DNA of 64,000 nt from Trypanosoma brucei. Lineage: Eukaryota. Of the stretch, positions 42,081-54,182 are shown one piece after another. Every line of letters begins with the position of its first letter. The stretch's first letter is position 1. The stretch spans positions 1,792,001-1,856,000 of the forward strand of contig CH464491.1 in assembly GCA_000002445.1 (NCBI GenBank), read 5' to 3'. The notes under the pieces are model-generated. The model made no database searches, was not told where the DNA came from, and was given only the letters and a program-made list of their open reading frames with translations. Position numbers and translations under genes: made by a program.

Positions 42081-45000
42081 CTTTTTTATTACCAATTAGA
42101 ACTATTATTAATATCATTATTTTGCTCCCTTTCTCTTCATCTTTTTTTCTTTTTTCTTCTTCCTTCTTTTTCTTAATGTCCTCCGAGAGGGGGGGGGGTA
42201 AAAAAAAAATGACAAAAAAAAACACACGCCAAATGAAAGAAGAAGAAGAAGGGAAAAAAAAAAAACAGACGCATGCGCATGTTTTTGTTAAGATTCAAAA
42301 ACAATTCTACACCTTCTATTGCGCCGCCACGACACCCTCACCACAACCACCACCATATTTTGAAAAATAAAAGACAAAAACCAAAAAAGAAAAAGGGAGA
42401 AAAAACAAAAGCTCTGAGAAAATCATTAAAGTCACACGTGGAAAGTTAACAAAAATAATAATATAAGTAAGAAAAAGAAGGAAGGAAAGGAGAAAAAGAA
42501 AGGCGGCATATGATACGAAACATCGATTACATTTATTTTATAAAATACCCACTTTGGTAGGAGGGGAGAAAAAATATATATATACACACACACCTCCGCT
42601 AAATTCTCTCTATTTCTTCTTTTCTTTTTTCTTTTCCGTGGGTGTGTTGTTGTTTTTGCTTTTTCTCTTTTTTTTGAAAAAAAATTACGTTTTTTTTTTT
42701 CCACGGGGATCAAATTCTTTCCTTCCGTCAAATCTCCCACACCCGCCCTTGTCAAATTTTTATTTATTTATTTATTTTTCTTTCATTTTGTAATTCCTTC
42801 CTTCCTTCTTTCGTTTCTTTTTCTTTTTCTCTTTTCTTTTGAAAACTTTACTTTTTATTTCCTTTCACCCCGAGTTGGTTGTAAAATTGTTGTTGGTGGT
42901 GGGTGGGAGCAGAAAAGCAGCAAAATGAGGGGGAAAAACAAAAAAAAAGGTGGTGAGCGCATGAGCAAAATAAGACGTGAAATAAAAAAACAAAAGTATT
43001 TATTTAGTATTTATTTTATTTTATCTTTTTTCACTCACCCTCCCAAATTGTATTTGCTACGCTCTCATCAGATACCCGTTACAACAACCACAAAAAGAAG
43101 AAAAAAGGAAAAAAAGAAAAGGAAAAAAAAAGAATGACGAAGCAAGCAGAACGACAACAACAACAATAACGGTGGTATAAATTTAGAAGGCAAAAGTCAA
43201 AAGAGTACAATAATAATATTATTAGTAACAGTAAAGAAAGCGAGTTCGTTTATTAGCTTTTTTAAAACAAAAAAAACAAAAAAAAAGCGTTTTGAACTTA
43301 TTTACATCACGTTCTGGAATAATCTCTTTTTCCTCCTTCCTCTTTCCTTTCTCACGATCCTCGAACCGAACAATAGCCGAACGACGCCACTTTTTTATAT
43401 TTTCTTTCTCTTTTCGCGGATAGAAGTTTGAACGCATAATAACCGTAAAAAAAAAAAAAAATCATGCATGTATTCATATTCTTACCGTCTATTTATATCT
43501 CTTTATACCTCTCCCTTTTTTATTCTCTCTTTCTTTCTCTTTCTCTCTCTTACACACACACACACACATATACATACACATACACATATAGACAGTTTCT
43601 AGATTTAATTGAGAGCACCAGTGACGGAAATGTAAACTTAATATTGTAGGGAAAAAGAAAAAAGGAAACAAAAAAGGACACAAAACACATTCTCCAGTGC
43701 TCTGCAAAAAAGAAAAAAGAAATTAACGGATACAAGAGGGTGTGCAAAGGGGATGGGGAAAAAAAAAGGAAATATATAATAAAACATATAAGAAAACATG
43801 TTCATATATAAAACATACACGTATATCTCTGTGTATATTTTATTTTCATGCATTATATTCCCCATTCATTCATTATTTGTTTTAGTTTCCTCCCCCTCCC
43901 CTTTTTTTATTTTATTTTATTCCGTGTGTGTGCATGCGTGTGTGTGTGCATGCGTGTGTGTGTGCATGCGTGTGCGTATATCTGAATTTGTGGTTTTATA
44001 CTCTCTTCCTTTCCATTATTTCATTTGTACGCAATCAAAAATGTTTCAACAATCGCACATGTTTCATCTTATACGTATTCCTTTTCTTTTCCAGTTTCTT
44101 TACTCATTTAGTTATCCATCCACTTATTCATTCATTATTGATGTGTACATTTTATATGGAGCTTCCTTTAGGGTAATGGAGGGAAACACGTCATTTCCCC
44201 TTTTTTTCTTTTTTTTTAAAAAAAACAAAACAAAACAAAAAGACATAAACATGAAAGCATTAAAACATGTAAAAAAGGGGGAAAAAAAAGCAAAATGAGT
44301 GCTTGGAAGGATGTAAGGAAAATGTGTAAGTTTGTGGGGTGGGGGGTGGGGTGGGGGGGAAAAAAAGACGCGCAAGTGGGTGCACAATAATAAATACTGG
44401 TAAGAAGAAAAAAGAAAAAGAAATAAAAGTCAACAAATATATATATATATATAATTACATATAATTATATATATAATGCAGAGAGTAAACTTAATGCACC
44501 TCACTTGCTTCCCCCTTTCCAGTTAATGCTGCACGCACTTCCTTCACAGCACCGCCACCCCACCTCCTCCTCCTCCCCCCCTCCCCCTTTTCTTTAAAAA
44601 AAGATAAAAACTTTAGATTTTTTTTTTTATTCGTCTCTTTTCTTTATTCCAAAACGGGATATTTTTGATTTGTCAGGCACATCATCCGCAAAATATTTTC
44701 ATCACATGTCTTCTCTTCTCTCTTTTGTTTTTATTTTTTATTTTTTATTTTCTTCTTTTCTTTTCATTTCGTTCATTCACATTAACTTCCCGCCACTGTT
44801 TCTGGAGACGCGTTATGAAAAAAAGAGTTTGAAACCACCGACACAAACAAACACAGCGCACACACACGCAGAAAAGAAAAGAAAACATCCACCAGGTAAA
44901 TAAATAAACAAAATGAATGAATGAAAGCAATAAATGAAAGCAATAAATAAAAAGGGAAGTGAGAGAAATGATGGAGAGAAAGCAAAAAAAAAAAAAGAAG

Positions 45001-48000
45001 AGAAAGATATAAATGTGTAAGAACGAATGCATTTGAGTTTCATAAGCATGCCAAAAGGAACTCAAGACGCCGGCTTTTACCTCTTTTTTTTAATTATTAT
45101 TATTATTACACATGCACACACACACACACACACCACACACGAGCACACGAATTATATATATATATATATATAATTCATGAACAAGAAAGAAAAAAAAGAA
45201 AGAATTGGAAGAGGAAGAGGAAGAAGAAGAAGAAGCATAAAAGGAATAAAAGATAAAACGAAAAAAAAAGAGATGTAAATAACTACTATAACCATAATGG
45301 AAAAGCAGTATAATGAAATTATATCACCAGTAAAATTATAATAATATTATCATTATTATTAATAACAATCAACAACAAAAATAATGTAAAGACCTTTTTA
45401 AAAAAAGGAAAAGGAAAGGAAAAGGGGGAAAAAACGAGAAACGGCGCGTGTCAAAGCATAATAGAAACAAACGAAACCGATTGCCAAAGGATAGATGTAT
45501 AAGCACACAATAACAAAAAGTACCAATCACACATATGAAAAAAGTAAAAAAAACAAAGGCTCTGTAAAAACCCGATCAAAACGCCCAAAAGAAAAAAAGA
45601 AAACAACTGAAATATAGCCCATTAATCAAGATGAAGAGTATAAGGTGAAGGGGGGACAAAAAAAAAACAACGATCAACCAACAAGAAAGGGAGAGTAAAA
45701 AAAAAAAAAAGGCAAAAAAAGGAATAAGCAAAAACGGACTTGCGCTTGTGGATGATTCCCTTTCTTTTATGAGTATAACGTGAAAAGTATATATGAAAGC
45801 ATCCTTTGGATAATACGCATCCGTTAAACAACAAAACAGAAAAAGAAAAAGAAAAAAAATGCACTCTTTCAACGTGGTACAACACAGAGACCAAAAAAAG
45901 AAAACGTAATCACTCAACCCCGCAAGCACCTCTGAAAGCAAAACAAAAATGAGTTTTAATTCGCTTCCACCAACGTTTTCCTCTTTTTTTCTGTCTCTTT
46001 TCTTTTCTCCTTTTTTTTTTCTTTATGTCTCCTCTTGTTGTTTTGATCAAACCCCTTCAGAGTAGCGCTCATTCAATCATTTTTTTCTTTCCTTTTTTTT
46101 TCGGTTCTTGTTTAACCTCCTCCTGCACAATTTTTTTCTTTTTTGCGGTGCCCCTTTAGTGTCACCCAAGCCATCGAGAAAACATAAAAAGAAAAGCATA
46201 AATAAACGTAAAACACAAAAAAAAAAACAAAAAAGAAAAGAAAAGACAATACAACAAGAAAAACAAGACAATCAATTGGATGAAAAAAGAAAAAGAAAAA
46301 GGGAGGGGGGAAAACACAGAAGCAACACGACACCAAGAAAAAAAAAAGACCAAAAAAAAACTAAGCAGCAGGAATGCGGCTCAGTAACGAAAATATATAA
46401 ATGAAAAAGGAAACCAAGAAAAAAAAAAAGAAGGAAGAGGAGGAGGGATGTGGGGAAGGAGTATTAATATACAGCGGTGCAAAATATTTTAGCCTCCTCC
46501 GTAATCGCCACCACCGCCACCGCCATCATAATTTTCACATCCTCCTCCGAGTCACAAGTGTGCGCGGGATGAACCTCGCAAAAAGAAGAAAAAACATAAA
46601 CGACAAAAAAAAAAAAAATAGAGAATTGTAAAATGCCGCTTTCATCGCCTCCATTTTTGGTGCCATCATTTCGAACCTGCACCTTACCAACGTCTCTTCC
46701 CTGGAAAATAAACTTTTTTTATTTTGAGTTTTTAATCATGTCACGTTTCCTCTCATTTCTTTCCGTCACATCATACATTCGAGATAATATCTCAAAATGT
46801 CTCTCCTTTTTTTTTTACTTCTACAGGTCAGCAGCGGCAAGTTGAAAGGAAACGGGAAAAGCATCACATAAAAAAAAAACACAACGACCTCTACCTCCCG
46901 CTAAATATCAATAGCTTCCGTTCCCTTTTTCATTCTTTATTTTCTCTTTTACATTTTTGTTTCTTCGTGTTCCTTCTTCTACCGTCCCCCTCCCTCACTA
47001 ACTCATTTATTCATTCATTATGCCTCATTTCAGCTGCACTCGTATGGAATGCACGTTAAAAAAAAAAGGATCAGAGAAAGGAAATATTGAACGCTGTCAC
47101 AGAGTCTTCATGTCCATCCACAGTGATACGAACGAAGGTGTTCAAAAAACAAAAAACAAAAACAAAAACAAGGGCAGTTGGGGCAACGCTGCGGTCGCAA
47201 ACGTAAAGAGTAAACAAACACGTCAGACAGTGACAGTAAGCACAACAAACAATCAAACAAAGGCTCGACAGCTAAGAAGACAACGCGAGAGGAGGAAAAT
47301 CAGCAAACAAAGGGGGGAAACATATAGAAAAGTGGGTAAAGTACGAAATTGAGTGGGGCTACAAACAACAAAAGACGTATCGGATGGCGTAGGAATAATA
47401 GTGATACAAAAAAGAAAAAGAAGAAAAGAGGGAGTAACATCGGAATGCAGAAATAAAGAAGGAGTAACACGTACTCCCCCCAACTTTCTCACTGGAGTCA
47501 CTCTTCCACGTGGTTATTTTCATTTCCCTCTAAATCCACCTCTTCTCCTCCTCCACTCCGCAAGGGAAGACAAGTTCCATATATTTTACAGATATTTTCC
47601 TACGAAACGCAAAAAAAAAACCTTCCGCTCCTTTCCCTGACCCCCCCCCAAAAGGTGCAACGCGTTATACTTCGCTTCCCTTCCATTCATATACGTACAC
47701 ATATAAATATTCGATTAAATAAACATATACAAATGTGGATATATGAGCATATATATGTATATGAATGTTCGTATTCAATTGTATGCGTGTATTTTGCCGC
47801 GGTCTGCGCCAAATGGGAAGGAGGAAAAAAATAAAAGCAAAAAACAAAAACAAACAGCACAAAATGAAATAAGATAATACGAACAGAAAAAAGAACGCGG
47901 GAAGACACCGTTCCGCTGGTCAAGGCAGGGTTAGGCCCCCTTATTTACCTCAACATCTTTCGACGGACATTATTTACGTTCATTTCCAACTATTACCTTC

Positions 48001-48376
48001 ACGTCAAAAGGAAACTGGTGTCCACTACATTTGTTGCATCCCCATCCTTTTCACCTTTTTTTCTGCCATTGATTCGTTTAACCTCGTTCCCCATCCGGGG
48101 AGGTCGCACAACTCGAGGCATACGTCAGATGTTCTGTTTATTTCCCCCTCACTTCTCTTCTTTCCCCTTCTCTGCACAAAAACAAGGGAACGGGAGAAGC
48201 ACTTCACCCATTTATTATCCCTCTTATTGGTTTAAAGTCGAAACAAAACAACGTCCCGCTGGCTCCTCCACTCCACGACATGATGCCCCACACGGGGAAT
48301 CCGATGAAAACAAAACGGAACACAACACCAAAGCAAAAGGAGCAAAATAGCGTTCACTCCGGTCAGGGGTTCGGTC

Positions 48377-49969
48377 TCAAGCACTTATGCCACACCTCCC
48401 AAACTCAGCGGCGGTGGGCACTGCAGTACGGCTACGTCGATCTACCGTCATCATGGGTTCACTGCAATCGAAAGAATCGGGAACAGTTGGCGGTCTGGGA
48501 GGAGGGTTCAATTCACCGCGGCTTAGCTCGACGATGAGCGGCATGCACGGCAGCCCATCAGTCTCTGAGTGGCGTGTTTGCTGCGGCAGATTGCGGACGC
48601 GCTCGCAGTACTTTCTTAAGTGAGAATATTGCTCCCTGTCGGCAGCGTACCAGAAACCGTGTCTGTCCATGAGTACGCGGCAGCGCACTTGGTAGATAAG
48701 TGTCCATATGTCTTTCGTCCTCACACGTGCAATAAACGATGTCTCGGAGCGCCACTCAACGCTTTCAGCGACCGCCATGCCATCACCACACACCACCTCT
48801 AGAACGCGATTGAGAACAACAACGGCGCGCTGACGTAGCTCGCACGGAAACATCTGAAAAAAGACAAGCAGGGTCCGCCCCGCATCCTCCTTCGAGACGG
48901 TGTCGGTTTGCCCGTAGCGGGAAATTGTATTCGAGATGTTGTAAGAGTGGTACAAGCAAAATCCCTGAAGTGTTCCATGAACGTTGACGCTGGAGCGTTG
49001 GTGGCCGGCTGCTGCTTTGCGCCCACTCTGCTGCACCTGGTGTGAGTCGTAACTGGGTGGACTCCCCACACCTGCAGCAGCGCAGGCAGCGGCGAGGGGC
49101 GAGCTATTCATTGGTGTGCTGGGTTGCAGGAGCCCATTCCCCAACGGGCTTGAAGAAGATACAGACACGGGGAAGCACGTGACGGTGGGGGAAAAGGGTG
49201 CAGCAGAGTTGGGGCCCGGAGTCACCGCAGTGAGCTGATCGCCCATCACGGTGCCAAACGTTTGCTGCGCTGGCGTCATTGGCACATATGTCATGCCCCC
49301 ACAAACATCCATGGAAAGCTGCGGCTGCGCGACAACGTAGTGTGGAACGCCACCGGGAGCGGGGCAAGAACCCTGAACATACAGCGTATGAGGAGTGTTA
49401 GGCTGGGTAACCATTACAAAGTTGCTATTCCCCTGTGATGCCACGAAGGTGGAAAGTCCCACTGGCAGCGAAGGTGGGGTTGATCGCTGAAACGACACGC
49501 CATTACCCTCACTCACGCCCGGTGAAATGACGGGTGTGCTTATAGACAGGAACGGCGAAGCGGTCATCGCACCGGCGTACGGGGAATACGTCATGGAACT
49601 TTTAGTGGGGGAACTTGCAGAAGAACCCCCAAACGAAGGCGGTACTGAGTGAACATTTGACTCCATCAGCGGCGAATATCCACGGGTCTTCATGGAGAGA
49701 GGATCGCTTCCATCCTGCAGCATGTTGTGGCAAACTTCATCGCACCCAGGTTGTCGAGCTGTGCTTATGAAAAGATGCGGCGGAGCCCTTCGCATGCCAG
49801 GGGCGGCGTTGTCGTTTCTCATATCAGAGGGACCGGTCAGCATTCGATCGGTGATTGATTCGGAGGGTGGCCCTGAAAGCCATACGCCATGAGAGATCCA
49901 CCCATCACAGGGCTGGCCAGCAGCGTTGTCGAGCGAATGCTCGGTTAAGGCTGGGTTTCTGGGATCCAT
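48377..49969 (-). CDS. Hypothetical protein: Ser/Pro/Thr-rich disordered N-terminal two-thirds plus conserved-looking ~150-aa C-terminal globular domain (weakly RRM-like)
   Basis: 530-aa ORF. The C-terminal GRTLLVFFQMFPCELRQRAVVVLNRVLEVVCGDGMAVAESVEW...IWTLIYQVRCRVLMDRHGFWYA has alternating beta/alpha-like complexity. The N-terminus is disordered (SSASSPTKSSMTYSPYAGAMTASP...). Confidence 0.6.
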   Translation of the reverse strand: MDPRNPALTEHSLDNAAGQPCDGWISHGVWLSGPPSESITDRMLTGPSDMRNDNAAPGMRRAPPHLFISTARQPGCDEVCHNMLQDGSDPLSMKTRGYSPLMESNVHSVPPSFGGSSASSPTKSSMTYSPYAGAMTASPFLSISTPVISPGVSEGNGVSFQRSTPPSLPVGLSTFVASQGNSNFVMVTQPNTPHTLYVQGSCPAPGGVPHYVVAQPQLSMDVCGGMTYVPMTPAQQTFGTVMGDQLTAVTPGPNSAAPFSPTVTCFPVSVSSSSPLGNGLLQPSTPMNSSPLAAACAAAGVGSPPSYDSHQVQQSGRKAAAGHQRSSVNVHGTLQGFCLYHSYNISNTISRYGQTDTVSKEDAGRTLLVFFQMFPCELRQRAVVVLNRVLEVVCGDGMAVAESVEWRSETSFIARVRTKDIWTLIYQVRCRVLMDRHGFWYAADREQYSHLRKYCERVRNLPQQTRHSETDGLPCMPLIVELSRGELNPPPRPPTVPDSFDCSEPMMTVDRRSRTAVPTAAEFGRCGISA

Positions 49970-50496
49970 ACCTGTTGAAGGAAAGGTAGCAACTCTCTCT
50001 CGCTTTATCAGAAGAATGGCAAGTAAAGCACGCTGCGAACCGGAGCAAACGTCAGCTCAAATTAGCTTGTTACGCGTGCACTCTTCCAATGAAGCGCTCC
50101 TAGTTTTTGCCCTTACTATTACTACAGGACTTGCCCAGAAGTACTTCGGGCAGATTCGTACTGTGTCGCAACAAACTCACCCGCAGCTAACTAAAAAGGT
50201 GCACCACTAGATCAAACCCCCTAAACAGTGATACGCGCTCAAGCTGAATTTCGCACCCGTCCAAAGAAGTTGTTGTAACCTTACTATCTTTTTATTTCGC
50301 ACGCTCACAAAGTAAGCGCACGGTCACCTACAGTCTTTTTAAATGCATAAAGGAAAAGGCAGTTAAACGGTGGTAGAAAGTTAGTGTTTACGAGATGACA
50401 CGGAAGATGCTCCTCGTAATTGGATGTAGAGTGCACTGCACATTTGGCTTAAGAGGAGGAGCGAACGAACATGGAAGGCTGATGACGCCTAGCTTG

Positions 50497-51705
50497 TTAA
50501 TCCGCCGAGCGGTGTCGCTTATTATTATGAACTTGCTTAGCCTCCACACGGCGCTTACACCACTCCGGAAAATTTCGTCGTGCATACTCCTCCTCCTCGG
50601 AGGTAAGGGGCAGCAATGTGGGACACACCGATCTTAGCTCCCTTCCGAACTCACCATCAGCTAAGTTGTACGAGGCGAGCAGTTCGTTCGCCGTCGCGGC
50701 GTTTCGACACACGACAAATGCGCGATGTGGAGCTGCTGGCGACGCCGGGTCGCTGTCCTCCACCTTCACGAGAGTGATCCCCTTTTTCAGCGCATGGTTG
50801 GTAAGAGAGAGGTTACCAAGCTTCATCTTTATTGTTGCCCACGAAGTTCCGTGCGGAACGCCCTCGACCTTCAGGGTTGCACCCTTTCCAAGAGAACGTC
50901 TCACAGCCGGATCCTGTAACTCTGCTAGAGCTTTCTGAGCTTGAACCACATTGTGCAGTAGCTGTGCATCGCTCTCCGCTCGACTCTTTTCCACCATCTT
51001 ATTGTGGTGGTCCTCCAGCATAACAACACGCAGACGGGTCGGCAGAAAGTGCTGAGCCAGTGCTGTGGGGGCTTTGCCGAGGGTTATAACAGCCTTGGTG
51101 CACCTGACAGCCTCTTCCGCAGTGGCAAAGCGGACCACAAAAGATGAATTCATCTGTGTGTCGCCTGGGGAGCGGGGGAGAGCTGCGGCACTCTGCACCG
51201 TTCCGTAGTCCTTAAAAAAGTTCGTTACTTCTTCTACAGTCGACGCACGGTGGAGAGGCCACACAACAACACTTCGTAGGGCTGGGTCAGCCTTTGGATC
51301 GAGGAACTTCCGGCGACGCAGAGACCGCACACCGCCCTCACCTTCGACAGCTTCAACAACGCTGCTTGTAGCCGCGGCGGCGAAGACAGCGGCAACGTTT
51401 TTCTCATCAACAGGGCAGTTTGCATAGCGAAGAAAAGCGGCGCAGGTGATAGTCGGGGGTTCCTTCAGGTCGCCGGTATTACGAGGAGATACCTTCTCGC
51501 GAAAGAAAGAGTTTGTCTGCTCGAATAGATAATTGTCATCAAAATACTTTTCCAGTAGCTCAGCTGCCGCATCCCTATTCTGTTCACTCATCCTGATTAC
51601 TTCCTGGTTTGGCCCTATGAATGGTGCGGTGGTGAAAAATAACGGTAAGCACGGAAGAACAGAAAAAAAAAGGGAAGACATTCTTCGCGAGCGACAGTAG
51701 ACCAC
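50497..51705 (-). CDS. RRM-domain RNA-binding protein (possible La-motif-like N-terminus)
   Basis: The RRM-like block is SVVVWPLHRASTVEEVTNFFKDYGTVQ...SSFVVRFATAEEAVRC. A second RRM-like block is ATLKVEGVPHGTSWATIKMKLG...AFVVCRNAATANELL. N-terminal LLEKYFDDNYLFEQ loosely resembles a La motif. The probable start is the internal Met at MSEQNRD. Confidence 0.6.
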   Translation of the reverse strand: MVYCRSRRMSSLFFSVLPCLPLFFTTAPFIGPNQEVIRMSEQNRDAAAELLEKYFDDNYLFEQTNSFFREKVSPRNTGDLKEPPTITCAAFLRYANCPVDEKNVAAVFAAAATSSVVEAVEGEGGVRSLRRRKFLDPKADPALRSVVVWPLHRASTVEEVTNFFKDYGTVQSAAALPRSPGDTQMNSSFVVRFATAEEAVRCTKAVITLGKAPTALAQHFLPTRLRVVMLEDHHNKMVEKSRAESDAQLLHNVVQAQKALAELQDPAVRRSLGKGATLKVEGVPHGTSWATIKMKLGNLSLTNHALKKGITLVKVEDSDPASPAAPHRAFVVCRNAATANELLASYNLADGEFGRELRSVCPTLLPLTSEEEEYARRNFPEWCKRRVEAKQVHNNKRHRSAD

Positions 51706-51851
51706 CTTGATACTCCCCCATTAGTGACGGCCAAAAAAAAAAAAAACGAATAAGTAAACAAATCAACCAAACGAAAATACTACTCTTACTCGGCTTGCCT
51801 TGGTACGCCTCTAAACCCCATACTTTTTCGGTTTGGAGGCAAAGAATACCA

Positions 51852-53120
51852 CTAGAAGAACTTGTCGTAGTATTCATCATCGTCGGTATAATTCTTTGTT
51901 CGATTTGAATTTCCACTTCTCGGTTGATAGCGGCAATCTAGTACGGGGACCCGCTGCCTGCTCCCCCTACTATCCATATACTCCCTTTGCGGCATATGCT
52001 CAGTGGCATAGTTTGTGTTGTGGTGCCGATGGGAATGGGAATGGTTCCTGTCGTCACTCTCATGCATTCGATCACCACGGTAATCGTATGAAGCATTAGC
52101 ACTTCCACCGTCGTTTTGATTCTCTCTTCGCCTCCAAGAGCCATCTCTAGAAGCATATCGAGGAGGATTGTGGTAGCTTCCGCTGTGACCTGCATGATAT
52201 TCTCTTTCATGATGACGATACGGATTCACAATCTCGTTATAGACGCCATCTCGGGGGTAACTCCGACCGTCTCCTCTACCGCGGTAGTCGTGCCGACCCC
52301 AAGAACGCGAAGGTGATGCATAAGATCCTGTACTGTCCGCGCCCCGATCGCGCCTTCTTGAAGGGACACCGGACCTCTCAAGTGCAAGCGCTGCATTTAC
52401 CCAGGGATCTGCCACAGTTCTTGCCCTACTTTCACAGTTGAAAACGTTATGACCCTCCTCCCCACAGAAGCAGCAGGAAGGAAAAGACGGCTCCAACCGT
52501 GGCGAGCAATCAAAATGGCCAAAGCCTGAGCACGAAGTGCACTGAACAGCTAACATCTCCTTTGACCGAGTATCTCCGGAACAAATAGTCACAAATGGCG
52601 ATGTCTGCACTTCCTGACAAATGTGGTGGTGCCTACGCACAGAATGGCAAGTTTTGCACAACGAGTTATGACAATCAGGTTTTTCGTGTCCCTCCATCCC
52701 GCACACCCAACAAACCTTTTTTATGGGGCCCACAGCCCTCTGGGTGGCAAGGTCATAGTACCTGCTCGGCCCGCGCTGTGTTTCAGATTTGCAGGCCTGT
52801 TGTCGAGAACCTGCGCCATCCGCATCAGACACCATTGCGGGCTTTGTATCTGACGGTTCCCCGTCGATCACCAGCTTTTTGGGAGCTGCTTCACTACGGC
52901 TCTCGGCACGTTCCCTGGGGGTCTGTCGTCGGGCCGAAGCATCCGCAGAAGTGTCTTCGACCATGCACCTCCCGCCGTCTTTGCACTGATATATATAACC
53001 AGTAACAACTTGGTCAGCGTCGAAAACTGGCAAAGCATTGCAGTGTGTCGAAAAACGGAGGAGCCCATGAAGTGAGCACCTCACTAATCCATTGGGTTTT
53101 ATCGATTTCCCTTCCTGCAT
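51852..53120 (-). CDS. CCHC zinc-knuckle protein with Arg/Gly/Tyr/His-rich low-complexity C-terminus
   Basis: Several CX2CX4HX4C knuckles: CWVCGMEGHEKPDC, CTSCSGFGHFDC and CCFCGEEGHNVFNC. The C-terminal RG/RD/Y repeats (RSWGRHDYRGRGDGRSYPRDG...) are typical of nucleic-acid-binding proteins. Confidence 0.75.
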   Translation of the reverse strand: MQEGKSIKPNGLVRCSLHGLLRFSTHCNALPVFDADQVVTGYIYQCKDGGRCMVEDTSADASARRQTPRERAESRSEAAPKKLVIDGEPSDTKPAMVSDADGAGSRQQACKSETQRGPSRYYDLATQRAVGPIKKVCWVCGMEGHEKPDCHNSLCKTCHSVRRHHHICQEVQTSPFVTICSGDTRSKEMLAVQCTSCSGFGHFDCSPRLEPSFPSCCFCGEEGHNVFNCESRARTVADPWVNAALALERSGVPSRRRDRGADSTGSYASPSRSWGRHDYRGRGDGRSYPRDGVYNEIVNPYRHHEREYHAGHSGSYHNPPRYASRDGSWRRRENQNDGGSANASYDYRGDRMHESDDRNHSHSHRHHNTNYATEHMPQREYMDSRGSRQRVPVLDCRYQPRSGNSNRTKNYTDDDEYYDKFF

Positions 53121-54182
53121 CCCTCTTCCTATTCACTGTTTACTTTACTTTGTACTGGTAGCTTCACGTTGTAGTCTCCGGCTACCCTAGTTCCGTCTAG
53201 TCCACCACACGCACACGTCACGATCAAATTTATTATGATGAATAATGTAAGAAGGAAGAAGCTCACACTTTGACCAACGATAGCAACATCAGAGACTCAC
53301 GCAAATAGCAGTACATTACGAAACAAGGCGTGACCGCCGAGTACTAACATATTTTACCATCAACAGCCCACAAGCGGGACGCTACTACGCCACACGTTCC
53401 AAAGCGGGTACGTAAAAAATTAGGGAGACCGATAGTTTCGAAAAAAAAAAAACTTTAACACACACCGCTCCATCAGTTCGTGACTGCAAGCATGTGCGCC
53501 GAGCTGCAACCCGCTAAAGTTTCCCGCTTGGTCTTCTCCATCCACTTCCACACAACAGGAAACAAAATAAAGAACCCCACACAAACGAAATAATAATAAC
53601 ACGAAACATTCATATTCACAGAGAACTCCATTGGATTGCAATCAGCGCCCACAAACACACACCGGTCCAAACCCCACCAAAGGGTTCTGCGCTGCTCGTA
53701 AGCCCCGTGGTCGGACTGTTAGTGGCAAGTGCCCACTTCGGTTTGGACAGTGCACGTTGGCGGCTTGAACAGAGCAATCCTTCCCTAATTACGCTGTGAT
53801 TCCACAACAGACCGTGTTCAGTGAAACCTCCACGAGCGAAACCCAATTAAGAGCAGCAAACAACGAAAAGGGTAGGTATTAGCAAATTCACAACACCTTG
53901 AGTATACGTTCACAAAAAAAAAAAATACAAATTGTACAGTGTTGGCCAATTCCTCTGATTGCTGAATGCTGCTCTGGGCTGCATAGGTGCTGCGCCAATG
54001 CAAAAAATAAATAAATAAATAATCATAAACCAACGAGACCCATACACAATTCTCCCTCCATCAACCACGCTCACTCATCCCACACTCCTGCTCCACCCGA
54101 GTTTGAGCCGCACGTGCGCAATATTTCACCTACCGCAAACCTGCCGATTCCCAACCTATGTGTGCTGTGCGGGTATCAATCC

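Larger units (their letters stand above)
38541..48376. other. ~9.8 kb ORF-free, extremely low-complexity interval between two same-strand genes (candidate very long 3'UTR / non-coding transcript region)
   Basis: No ORF with coding-like composition. All listed ORFs here translate to poly-F/L/S/K/C junk. Dense homopolymer runs plus (TA)n, (CA)n, (GT)n and the imperfect 14-mer repeat gtgtgtgtgcatgc x3 at ~43925-43976. Confidence 0.6.

Noticed and set aside
39000-48000. Dozens of 60-166-aa ORFs on both strands (e.g. 43798-44298, 40437-40835, 41421-41864)
   Set aside because: Their translations are poly-F/L/S/K/C/Y strings arising from homopolymer and microsatellite DNA. None has coding-like amino-acid diversity.
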